Source of the DNA: an uncultured Fibrobacterales bacterium
GTDB taxonomy: Bacteria > Fibrobacterota > Fibrobacteria > Fibrobacterales > CAWVXU01
Assembly: GCA_963934255.1 (NCBI GenBank)
Contig: CAWVXU010000035.1
Location: forward strand, 1 to 25,515
DNA: 25,515 bases
Direction of reading: 5' to 3'
Shown: positions 17,205 through 25,515 of the stretch, one piece after another
Numbering within the stretch: the stretch's first letter is position 1
How the letters are laid out: every line of letters starts with the position of its first letter
Translations under genes and position numbers: made by a program
Notes under the pieces: model-generated
Database searches by the model: none
Seen by the model: the letters and a program-made list of their open reading frames with translations, nothing else
What the model was told of the DNA's origin: nothing

Positions 17205-18608
17205 ATGACCATGTCTTCAAAGTCTAAGCAATCAATTCAAGACGAATTAAAACAATGGGCTCTGGACCATTTTGATGACCACCTTGATTTATTAAAAGAA
17301 CTAGTAAAAATACCGAGTGTGAGTTTTGAGGGGTATGACCCCGCTCATCTACTCAAGTCTGCTCAACTTGTTAAAAACATGATGGAAGATATTGGACTCA
17401 ACAACACCCAGTTAATTCAAATTGATGATGCTCATCCTTATGTTTATGGTGATAAAATTAAAGACCCGAAGCTCCCAACTATTTTACTCTATGCCCATCA
17501 TGATGTACAACCTCCTATGCGTGAAAACCTATGGGATTCACCTCCTTTTGAACCTACCATTAGAGATGGTCGAATTTTTGGACGAGGCACAGCAGATGAC
17601 AAAGCTGGTATTGTTATCCATCTGGCTTCTATCCACGCTTACCTGGATCTCTATCAAGAACTCCCTATTAATGTAAAAGTCATTATTGAAGGAGAGGAAG
17701 AGATTGGAAGCGAACACCTTCCAAAATTTCTCAATCAATATGCTCAACTTCTGAGCGCCGATGCCATGGTTCTTGCTGACTTAGCAAATTATGATACAGG
17801 AATCCCCAGCATTACAACCTCACTTCGAGGCGTACTTGTTTGTGAAGTAGAGCTTCGTTCCATGAAACACGCGCTTCACTCGGGTCTTTGGTCGGGACCA
17901 CTTCCTGACCCTGCCATGGGTCTTTGTAAATTATTGAGTTCAATCACAGATGAGACCGGCGCTCTTGCAATTGATGAAATGAATAAAATGGTCATCCCCC
18001 CATCTCCCAGTGAAAAATTATCCTATACACAATTAAAAATGACTGAAGAAGTTTTACGCCATCAAACTCAACTTGTCAAGGGTGCTAATATTGACCCCGA
18101 AGGTGAAGTTATTTTGGAAAAGCTATGGCGTCAACCATCAGTGGTGGTTAACTCTATTGAAGTAGCTCAAAAGAAAACTGCCGGAAATGTCATCATGGAT
18201 GTTGCTTGGGCTCGTGTTGGAATTAGACTGGCACCAGGGATGAATGCCAAGAAATGCCAAAGTATATTTGAAGATCACCTCAATGCTCACACTCCGTGGG
18301 GACTTGAATTAAAAATCAAAAGTGAACCTCCGGTGAACCCTTGGTATTGTAGTCCTGAAGACCCTATTTTTGATGCTGCCGCCAATGCGATGAAGTTGGG
18401 CTATGAGCAAGAAACTGTATTTATTGGGTGTGGGGCAAGTATTCCTTTTGTTGAGCCAATGTCTGAGGCACTTGGGAATATTCCTGCAATATTAATCGGA
18501 GTCGAGGACCCGTATTGTCGTGCGCATGGTGAAAACGAATCTTTGAACTTAGACGATTTTAGAAAAGCAATTTTGAGTCAAATTTACTTCTTTAATGAAT
18601 TAAGTTAG
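17205..18608 (+). CDS. M20/M25/M40 family metallo-dipeptidase
   Basis: YAHHDVQP, GRGTADDKAG, EGEEEIGS, LHSG, GASIPF and AHGENE. The 3' end overlaps the convergent gene by 17 nt. Confidence 0.9.
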   Translation: MTMSSKSKQSIQDELKQWALDHFDDHLDLLKELVKIPSVSFEGYDPAHLLKSAQLVKNMMEDIGLNNTQLIQIDDAHPYVYGDKIKDPKLPTILLYAHHDVQPPMRENLWDSPPFEPTIRDGRIFGRGTADDKAGIVIHLASIHAYLDLYQELPINVKVIIEGEEEIGSEHLPKFLNQYAQLLSADAMVLADLANYDTGIPSITTSLRGVLVCEVELRSMKHALHSGLWSGPLPDPAMGLCKLLSSITDETGALAIDEMNKMVIPPSPSEKLSYTQLKMTEEVLRHQTQLVKGANIDPEGEVILEKLWRQPSVVVNSIEVAQKKTAGNVIMDVAWARVGIRLAPGMNAKKCQSIFEDHLNAHTPWGLELKIKSEPPVNPWYCSPEDPIFDAAANAMKLGYEQETVFIGCGASIPFVEPMSEALGNIPAILIGVEDPYCRAHGENESLNLDDFRKAILSQIYFFNELS

Positions 18609-20394
18609 AATCGCGCAGAAGTGATTTTGAAAATTCGCTCGCTTGTACAGGGTGACTATAAAACCTTCCTTGAAAAAGTGCTGCATTTTTAGTCATATAC
18701 CATGAGGCTTGGTCTTGAGTCTCAACTGATTCAGCGAGTAAAATCCAGTTTTGGGACTTAGCTAAACTCATAATTGTTTGAATTGTATTTCTTGCTTTAT
18801 CTTCGACTAATAAATCATGAGTCAGAAATCCGTCAATCTTAACACCCTCAAAAGGAAGATTAGCTAGGGCATTAAAGCTTGAATATCCAGTACCCATATC
18901 ATCAATCCAAATTTTAAGTCCTAGCTTGGATAGTTTTTGAATTGCTTGGAACGAATGCATTCGTTTTTCGTAAAGCTCAATTTCTTTGATATCCAAACGA
19001 ATCAAATGGGGTGGTATTTTATACCTGATCATGAGGACTTCAAGAATAGAGAATATATGTTCATCTAGAATTTGAGCTCCAGATAAATTAATATACATCG
19101 GAAGTAAAATCAAACCTTGCTGTCTCCAGCCGCTCATCTGCTTGAAAACTTCTTCAAATACCCAATACCCAATTGAAATAATTAGGTGACCATTGGCAGC
19201 CATAGGTAAAAATTTATGTGGCTCTAAAACCTCACCGTCAAGGTGCCATCTCAAAAATGCTTCAGACCCAACCACTGTCGAGTCAGCATCATGAACCCCT
19301 TGATAGACCATAGCAAACTCATTGCGACTTAAAGCCAACTTTAAGCGATGTTCAATTTGAACCTTTTTTTGTACGAGCCTGTTGATTTTAGTATCAAATG
19401 TTCTGAAACAATTTTTACCATCTTTCTTAGCATACTGAAGTGCAGTTGTGGCGGCTTCAATCAACTCTTCGGACTCTTTGGCGTCCTGTGGGAAAAACGA
19501 AACGCCTGCACTTAAAGTAATATTAATAGATTCGTTATCGACATTAAACGCACTCTGTATAACATTGATTACTCGATCAGCTGTCATAGAGGCATGCTGA
19601 TAACCTTGAAATGATTTGAGTAAAATGAAAAACTCATCTCCACCCGTGCGGGCAAACTCATCCTTTTTATTCAGTGAGTTTCTCACTCTTTTGGCTAAAT
19701 AACTAAGGACCTTATCACCACGGTCTTTTCCATATTTCTCATTCACTAAATCCATATCATCCACATCAAAAACAATGAGGGCAAACTTTTCTTTTGTATC
19801 ATGGAGTTGGTCAATCATGAGGGAAAGATCACGTAATATCTGCAGACGATTTTTCAAACCAGTGAGTGGGTCAAAATTAGATTTACGATCTTTCTCTTCC
19901 TCTTCTGCGATAATTTGGTTGACCTTAGCAATACTTGAGCGATGGATCATAAGCATCATAGCAAAACCAAGTGCGGCCATACCAAACAAATATAGACCTG
20001 ATGTTTTTAGAAATCTCACAAATACAGCATTGATCAATTCAGTATGATTTTGATATTTCCAAACCCAAGAAGTATTATTTTTGAGTTCTAATACTCCAAA
20101 AAATCTTTGGTCCTTAAGTGCAATACCCTCAATATTAAAAATGAAATTTTGGGATTGACCAACATACTCTTTTAAATATGCAGGTAAAGTTTCTTTATTA
20201 AATATTTCTTGATGAAAAGGTGAAGAATCTTTAACAACTGAACTTTGCTCTGTCTTTTGAAAGAAAGCCAAACGCTCATCGCGAGCTAATTCAAAATGAG
20301 ATAAGAACAAATGGTACAAGAAAAACAATACAGCAACACTGTATAGTGCACCGAATAAAATTCCAAGTCTTTTTGATAATTGCTTGGATACCAT
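18592..20394 (-). CDS. Membrane-anchored GGDEF-EAL (c-di-GMP) protein
   Basis: Two N-terminal TM helices flanking a periplasmic region. FDPLTGLKNR and ARTGGDEF; EAL-domain motifs EAFLRW, INLS, DDMGTGYSS, KIDG and AESVET. Confidence 0.9.
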   Translation of the reverse strand: MVSKQLSKRLGILFGALYSVAVLFFLYHLFLSHFELARDERLAFFQKTEQSSVVKDSSPFHQEIFNKETLPAYLKEYVGQSQNFIFNIEGIALKDQRFFGVLELKNNTSWVWKYQNHTELINAVFVRFLKTSGLYLFGMAALGFAMMLMIHRSSIAKVNQIIAEEEEKDRKSNFDPLTGLKNRLQILRDLSLMIDQLHDTKEKFALIVFDVDDMDLVNEKYGKDRGDKVLSYLAKRVRNSLNKKDEFARTGGDEFFILLKSFQGYQHASMTADRVINVIQSAFNVDNESINITLSAGVSFFPQDAKESEELIEAATTALQYAKKDGKNCFRTFDTKINRLVQKKVQIEHRLKLALSRNEFAMVYQGVHDADSTVVGSEAFLRWHLDGEVLEPHKFLPMAANGHLIISIGYWVFEEVFKQMSGWRQQGLILLPMYINLSGAQILDEHIFSILEVLMIRYKIPPHLIRLDIKEIELYEKRMHSFQAIQKLSKLGLKIWIDDMGTGYSSFNALANLPFEGVKIDGFLTHDLLVEDKARNTIQTIMSLAKSQNWILLAESVETQDQASWYMTKNAALFQGRFYSHPVQASEFSKSLLRDSNLIH

Positions 20395-20395
20395 G

Positions 20396-20893
20396 TTAGA
20401 ATCTATACCTAAACCCGAGTAGTGCAGCTAGGTCCGGGATAATATTTAGTCGACTTGATCTTTTATTCACTCTGTTTTCCCAAGAATTATCATCATAGAA
20501 TGTCACTCCCATGGCAAGATTCACATTGAAGAACATATCCCATTTTGGATCGATAAAAGTATAATTTAAACCACCACCAGGTAGGAAACTCAAGTTCAAT
20601 CTGTCATCATCCAGATAGATACTAGCGCCCGGACCATATTGAATGACTAACTTGCCCGTTTTTATTGGAAAAATATCGTGTTCCATAAAGAAGTATTGAC
20701 CAGCAATGTTCAGATTTCCTGTTAAAATAAACAAGTCTATATAAAGGTCGATTGCTTCATTACCAACAGGCTGTCGAAGATTCATTCCGAGTGTACCGCC
20801 ATTCAACCCTAAATAAGCACCATACCCGGTCTCTTGAGGGATTGAAGCGAAGCTGATTGAACAAAATAATAACGTAAAAATTAAACTTTTCAT
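20396..20893 (-). CDS. Hypothetical small outer-membrane beta-barrel protein
   Basis: Likely start MKSLIF at 20893 (AGGGG RBS). Signal peptide ending SFA, Gly/aromatic-rich beta-strands and C-terminal LGFRYRF. Lies 1 nt from the GGDEF-EAL start. Confidence 0.6.
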   Translation of the reverse strand: MKSLIFTLLFCSISFASIPQETGYGAYLGLNGGTLGMNLRQPVGNEAIDLYIDLFILTGNLNIAGQYFFMEHDIFPIKTGKLVIQYGPGASIYLDDDRLNLSFLPGGGLNYTFIDPKWDMFFNVNLAMGVTFYDDNSWENRVNKRSSRLNIIPDLAALLGFRYRF

Positions 20894-21022
20894 GAACATC
20901 CCCTGAGCAATTTATCTAAACCTAACAATTGAGGTTCAATTTACAATATAAGCTAAAATCTAATAATTTTATCCTGAGTATTCTCAACTCAAAGGCAATT
21001 AAGATTTTCTAGATTATACCTT

Positions 21023-22261
21023 ATGAAAAACCCATTACAAATCCCTATCCTTAAATGGACATTACTAGGAAGCCTTATCGGTCTTCTTTCGGGATCTGCT
21101 AGTGCAGTGTTTCTGCATTCATTAACTTGGGCGACCCAAACTCGCCAGGATTCTCCACTCCTACTCCTACTTTTACCTGTCGTGGGACTCTTTATGGGTT
21201 ATTCTTACTATCGATTTGGTGCCAATGCAGGACTGGGTAACCAGCTAGTTATCGCCGAAGCCAATAAGCGTAATGAGCGGATTCCATTTAGAATGGCTCC
21301 AATGGTTCTTGTGGGTACTGTTTTGACTCATTTATTTGGCGGATCTGCCGGTAGAGAAGGCACTGCTATCCAAATGGGAGCCTCGCTCGCTGATAGTTTA
21401 AAAAGAATCTTTCAGTTAGAAGCTAGAGATCATCGTCTGATGATTATTGCAGGTATCTCTGGTGGATTTGGGTCCGTCTTTGGAGTCCCTATCGCAGGCT
21501 TTATATTCGGCCTTGAAGTCCAAAAAATTGGTCGTATTCGATATAATGCTGTGATTCCTGCCTTGATGGCCTCGGTTGTTGGAGATTGGACGACCCGCTC
21601 CCTCAATGCTCCACATACCAAATATCCTGACCTTCCTACGCTAGGTCTTGATTTGGGTCTATTTTCAAAAGTGATTCTAGCTGGAGCATTATTTGGGTTA
21701 TCAGCTATTTTGTTTATTGAACTCATTTCTTTACTTAAAAAACTCTGGCTTAAAATAACTCCTCGCAAGTGGCTTCATCCTGTAATAGGTGGATTTATCA
21801 TAATTGGGCTCGATTTAATTTTTGGCAGCCAATATCTCGGCTTAAGTCTTGAACTTATCGAAAATGCAACTCAAGGAGAAATGATTGAACCTTGGGTATT
21901 TGCCCTCAAAACACTCTTTACTGGTGTCACCTTAAGCTCTGGTTTTTTGGGAGGAGAGGTCACTCCCCTTTTTGTAATTGGATCTACTTTAGGCTCTGCT
22001 CTTGCACCGCTCTTACAATTAGATCCAGGCTTCCTTGCAGCCCTAGGGCTCGTTGCTGTCTTTGCGGGAGCTTCAAACACTCCACTAGCTTGCGCTTTGA
22101 TGGGGGTTGAATTATTTGGTGGAGGATCAATTCTCTACGTATTTACAGCCTGTTATGTTGCCTTTATTGCTTCTGGCCATCGTGGTATCTATCAAACTCA
22201 AAAGCTATGGATAAACAAAAATGATCCGGCAGAGATACCGAGTCATCAGTCAATTAAGTGA
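21023..22261 (+). CDS. eriC: CLC family anion/H+ antiporter, fluoride-exporter (CLC-F/EriC-F) subtype
   Basis: GNQLV, GGSAGREGT and GGEVTP occupy the three CLC signature positions. Confidence 0.85.
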   Translation: MKNPLQIPILKWTLLGSLIGLLSGSASAVFLHSLTWATQTRQDSPLLLLLLPVVGLFMGYSYYRFGANAGLGNQLVIAEANKRNERIPFRMAPMVLVGTVLTHLFGGSAGREGTAIQMGASLADSLKRIFQLEARDHRLMIIAGISGGFGSVFGVPIAGFIFGLEVQKIGRIRYNAVIPALMASVVGDWTTRSLNAPHTKYPDLPTLGLDLGLFSKVILAGALFGLSAILFIELISLLKKLWLKITPRKWLHPVIGGFIIIGLDLIFGSQYLGLSLELIENATQGEMIEPWVFALKTLFTGVTLSSGFLGGEVTPLFVIGSTLGSALAPLLQLDPGFLAALGLVAVFAGASNTPLACALMGVELFGGGSILYVFTACYVAFIASGHRGIYQTQKLWINKNDPAEIPSHQSIK

Positions 22262-22276
22262 TTGGATATAGATCTT

Positions 22277-23338
22277 TTAATCTTTAATTTTTATCGGCTG
22301 ATCTAGACTTCCATCGATATATTGTGCAAATCTTTTACGATCTTTATGGACAGGATCAGGACTGTTCCATGGCCAACCGCCAAATTGAGTCTTTTCAAAA
22401 TCTTCAAATGCTTCTTGAATTTGCTCACTGGTATTCATCACAAATGGCCCGTATTGAACCACGCTTTCTTCAATCGGGCGGGATTGGAGTAAGAGCACCT
22501 TTGCAGAATGTCCTTGAGTACTTAGTTTAAAAGATTTAGAAAAATTTATTTCTATACCATAGTTTAATGGGAAATTCACTTCATTGATTTCTAAATTATG
22601 GGTTTTATTGGTTTCATTATTTTCGTTTTTTCCAACATTATTTTCTTCCAAATCTGAGTGACTCTCGTAAAAGTAGAGTGAACGATTAACTCCATTTGTT
22701 ACTGCTGGAAGCTCTATAGTACTTAATGAATCCAGTTCAATGAGCTGCACACTTAGACAATTGTCACCTTGAGCTGCCCATGAACTTTGAGGAATATCTT
22801 GATTTAATTCCTTTTGAGGATCACCCATGTAATAGGTGATTTTAACGCCTTCATTTTCAATGATTTTTAAATCTTCATTCCAAATCATTTTATAAGCTGG
22901 TTCACACATTTTATTCTTCGAAGGAAGATTGACCCAAATTTGGAAAATTTCTTGAATATTGACACTCTGTTGATTGAGGAGCGGAAACATTTCGGCATGT
23001 TGAACGCCTCGGCCTGCAGTCATCCATTGAGCGTCACCATCTCCATATCGACCGAATCCCCCCAAAGAATCTGAATGATCCACCATCCCCTGTCTAACCA
23101 CAGTGAATGTTTCAAAACCTCTATGAGGATGTGCGGGAAACCCAGGAACTGCCTCACCATGGTACATGCGATAACCATTTTTGGTCACAAAATCATTACC
23201 TAAATTTCGGCCTGCTAATGATTCTAACGGTCCAAACTCATTATTGGCAATTGGGTAAGTGTCTAGATGGTAAACGCAAAACAAAAACGGGTCTTGGGTT
23301 TTCCAAGGCATTCCTAATTTGAAAAAGTCTAAATTCAT
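22277..23338 (-). CDS. Pirin family protein (bicupin)
   Basis: DPFL, GFPAHPHRGFET, DHSDSLG, QWMTAGRGVQHAE, QIWVNLP and YGPFVMN. Confidence 0.93.
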   Translation of the reverse strand: MNLDFFKLGMPWKTQDPFLFCVYHLDTYPIANNEFGPLESLAGRNLGNDFVTKNGYRMYHGEAVPGFPAHPHRGFETFTVVRQGMVDHSDSLGGFGRYGDGDAQWMTAGRGVQHAEMFPLLNQQSVNIQEIFQIWVNLPSKNKMCEPAYKMIWNEDLKIIENEGVKITYYMGDPQKELNQDIPQSSWAAQGDNCLSVQLIELDSLSTIELPAVTNGVNRSLYFYESHSDLEENNVGKNENNETNKTHNLEINEVNFPLNYGIEINFSKSFKLSTQGHSAKVLLLQSRPIEESVVQYGPFVMNTSEQIQEAFEDFEKTQFGGWPWNSPDPVHKDRKRFAQYIDGSLDQPIKIKD

Positions 23339-23358
23339 TTGGCGTCCCCATTTGGTTT

Positions 23359-23784
23359 TTAAAACTGTTTAACTAATTCTCGACAATAATCTTCTATGGA
23401 TTCTCTAATAGGTCAAAGAGACTGTATATAATCTTCGTCACTTAAACCCGCTTGCGACTCATAATCTTTAAAACTATGGTGAGCTTTTTGACCGACCGGC
23501 AATGGGGATACTGGGCAGGTTTCAAATGCATGATCACATACTGTAAATACAACGTCAAATTGCATATCTAGAAACGAATCAATTTGGTCTGAGGTATGTT
23601 GAGAAATATCAATGCCAACTTCATCCATCAGACGAATTGCCTAGGGATAAATTTCACCCAAAGCCTTGACCCCTGAACTATATACATCGACATTGGCTTC
23701 ACCAAAATTATTTATAAACGCTTCAGCCATGTGACTACGAAAAGAATTACCGATACACATAACCATGATTTTTTTAACTGATAT
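23359..23784 (-). pseudogene. arsC: Arsenate reductase (LMW-PTP fold, thioredoxin-type) pseudogene
   Basis: A single frame reads ISVKKIMVMCIGNSFRSHMAEAF...EIYP*AIRLMDEVGIDIS...TVCDHAFETCP...IQSL*PIRESIEDYCRELVKQF*. Internal TAG at 23641-23643, TGA at 23413-23415, and ATA where the start should follow the AAGGA RBS. Confidence 0.88.
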
Positions 23785-23891
23785 GTATTTCCTTTGAAAA
23801 GAACGGACTTGATTAATTTAAGTTGGTCAAACTTAGACTCAATCTATTACAGAAATTTTATTTTTTTGAATTTATAAGATTGAATAAATAT

Positions 23892-24374
23892 TTAACCCAC
23901 GGCATTTTTATACCGAAACTTAATTTCAATGGCATCTAGTAAATCAGATCCAAAACCATCGATACGAAGATCCTCGATTGCTTCTTCGATTAATTGAAGT
24001 GGTTTTGTTGAGCCTGTCGTATTTTCAAAGAGTACTTCTGCTAGGCTTTTTTTGATGCTACCTCGAAGCATAAAATCTTCTGCTGCACACAACTCGATAG
24101 CTTGCTCTTTATATTTAATCTGTAATGCGATAGCATTCTCAAAGTTTGATTTGGCATCTAATATAATTGGATGAGGGCCGTATTTAATTTCTAAAATTTT
24201 GATGAAATTGATGAGTTTAGTTGCTTGCTGTTCTTCTTCAATGGATCCATAATCAGAATCAGATTCTAAAATATAAAGTCCTTCAATCTCTGTTCTTTCA
24301 GTGATTGTGTCTGCATAGTTAATTGAAAATTCTACCAATTCTTCCCAATCATCCTTATCAATATTTGGATACAT
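23892..24374 (-). CDS. Hypothetical acidic, helical protein (160 aa)
   Basis: Long ORF in an AT-rich region with a GAGGA RBS and an upstream promoter-like sequence. No family recognised. Confidence 0.65.
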   Translation of the reverse strand: MYPNIDKDDWEELVEFSINYADTITERTEIEGLYILESDSDYGSIEEEQQATKLINFIKILEIKYGPHPIILDAKSNFENAIALQIKYKEQAIELCAAEDFMLRGSIKKSLAEVLFENTTGSTKPLQLIEEAIEDLRIDGFGSDLLDAIEIKFRYKNAVG

Positions 24375-24401
24375 CGTTCCTCACAATCATTGTCTATCAC
24401 C

Positions 24402-24430
24402 ATTATACCAAATTTCGTCCAACTGGTCTA
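24402..24430 (-). promoter_or_regulatory. Sigma70-type promoter of the 160-aa gene
   Basis: Minus strand TAGACC-17 nt-TATAAT with an extended -10 TG (TGGTATAAT), 27 nt above the ATG. Confidence 0.55.
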
Positions 24431-24687
24431 GAACTCTCATGAATTTAAAGGAACTGGGTCTGTCGGGTCAAATGGTATTGCGGTAAGTCCTTGATAAACA
24501 TTTCCTGCTTAAAACCTTAATTTTTGTTGTCGACGGACCAATTGAATAACTACAAGTACCCAAAGTAACTTTTACGTCGACACCATTGATCTCTGCCCTA
24601 GACTCCCCTCGCAACTAGTGAATTATAAATAATCGTGTTATTTACACTCAAGTAAAAATACGTTGGTACTGTAATTTTACTAGCCAT

Positions 24688-25515
24688 CTAATCCTCCGTA
24701 TATCTGATGTCGACTGATAGGATTACACCGGTTCCAGAAGCCGCAGTTGCCTCAAACCAAATCCATGAACCAGCTGGGATAGTTGGATCGCTTAATGATA
24801 TTATATCACCAGCTGCTAAAGAGGTAGTCGCTGTTGAAGTTGTTACTAAAGTACCTGCATTACCTCTATCAGTATGGTGCCTTAATACAAACGTAGTAGT
24901 TGGTGAGCCAGTGCCAATACTTGTTGCGATAACTTCTTGAACTGTAATTGCTGCATACGTTCTAAAAATTGTGATATTATCACCTGCTATTGGTGCTTCA
25001 AGACTTAATGTTTTTGTTAAATAGGAAACTTGTGCATCTTCCCAGTTAGGTGCTGTTGCACCATCATTCATTGTTAGAACTTGGTCAGCTGTGCCTTTAG
25101 CTAATCTTGTATAGTTTGCACCGTCATAATACATGAGATCACCGGCCACGTCAGAGCCCATTGCTATTTTTGAACCAGTGACTGCATTGTTTGCTATTTT
25201 AGATGTATTAACAGCTAATGCATTAATTTTACCCGAAGTCACTGCATTTGGAGCTATATCAGCATCGGATATTGTTCCATCTAAAATTTCAGATGAGGTG
25301 ACTGCGTTGTCTGCAAGTTTGCTGTTGTCAATGGCATCAGCTGCAATGAGGCCAGTTGTGATTTGAAGAGCCGCGATATCGGCGGTTAATAAAGTACCGT
25401 CGAGTACGTTTTCGGTTTGAACAGCGTTGTCGGCGAGTTTGGCATTAGTGACCGCATCGGCTGCCAGTTTAGCTGTAGTGACTGAAGCATCTTTTAAATT
25501 AATCGCATCACCTGT
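24688..25515 (-). CDS. 3' part of a large decapeptide-repeat, fibre/adhesin-like protein, starting beyond the right edge
   Basis: The frame is open to position 25515 (TGDAINLKDASVTTAKLAADAVTNAKLADNAV...), so the ORF-track start at 25242 is internal. Eleven 10-aa repeats precede a GDLMYYDG...RLAKGTADQVL...PNW segment and a beta-rich C-terminal domain. Confidence 0.8.
   Translation of the reverse strand, partial: TGDAINLKDASVTTAKLAADAVTNAKLADNAVQTENVLDGTLLTADIAALQITTGLIAADAIDNSKLADNAVTSSEILDGTISDADIAPNAVTSGKINALAVNTSKIANNAVTGSKIAMGSDVAGDLMYYDGANYTRLAKGTADQVLTMNDGATAPNWEDAQVSYLTKTLSLEAPIAGDNITIFRTYAAITVQEVIATSIGTGSPTTTFVLRHHTDRGNAGTLVTTSTATTSLAAGDIISLSDPTIPAGSWIWFEATAASGTGVILSVDIRYTED

Noticed and set aside
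23413..23628. 71-aa ORF as a stand-alone gene
   Set aside because: It is only the segment between the two nonsense codons of the arsC pseudogene.
23359..23784. Stop-codon recoding (Sec at TGA, Pyl at TAG, or an alternative code) rescuing arsC
   Set aside because: TAG and TGA end normal genes in this window (comEC, hisC). The TGA falls at an Arg position rather than a Cys, and the start codon and P-loop are also damaged.

Overview
A gene-dense, AT-rich bacterial chromosomal segment from a diderm (lipoprotein signals, two predicted outer-membrane beta-barrels). The Ser-rich lipoprotein linker and gene content suggest Fibrobacterota or another FCB lineage, but this is inference only. Most of the window is housekeeping or metabolic: comEC, hisC-hisN, queC, an MFS transporter, ilvA, ettA, an SLC13 permease, ppnP, prfC, M3 and M20 peptidases and a GGDEF-EAL protein. 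Less ordinary elements are a STAS + Zn-ribbon (DUF2225-like) fusion behind hisC-hisN, a GH19 chitinase lipoprotein, a CLC with fluoride-exporter (CLC-F) signatures but no visible riboswitch, and an arsC pseudogene missed by the ORF track (two nonsense codons, lost start codon). The right end looks accessory: an orphan gene with its own sigma70-type promoter and the 3' end of a large decapeptide-repeat fibre-like protein. A short YTAWATT motif recurs upstream of many genes. No rRNA, tRNA, CRISPR array, transposase or integrase was seen.
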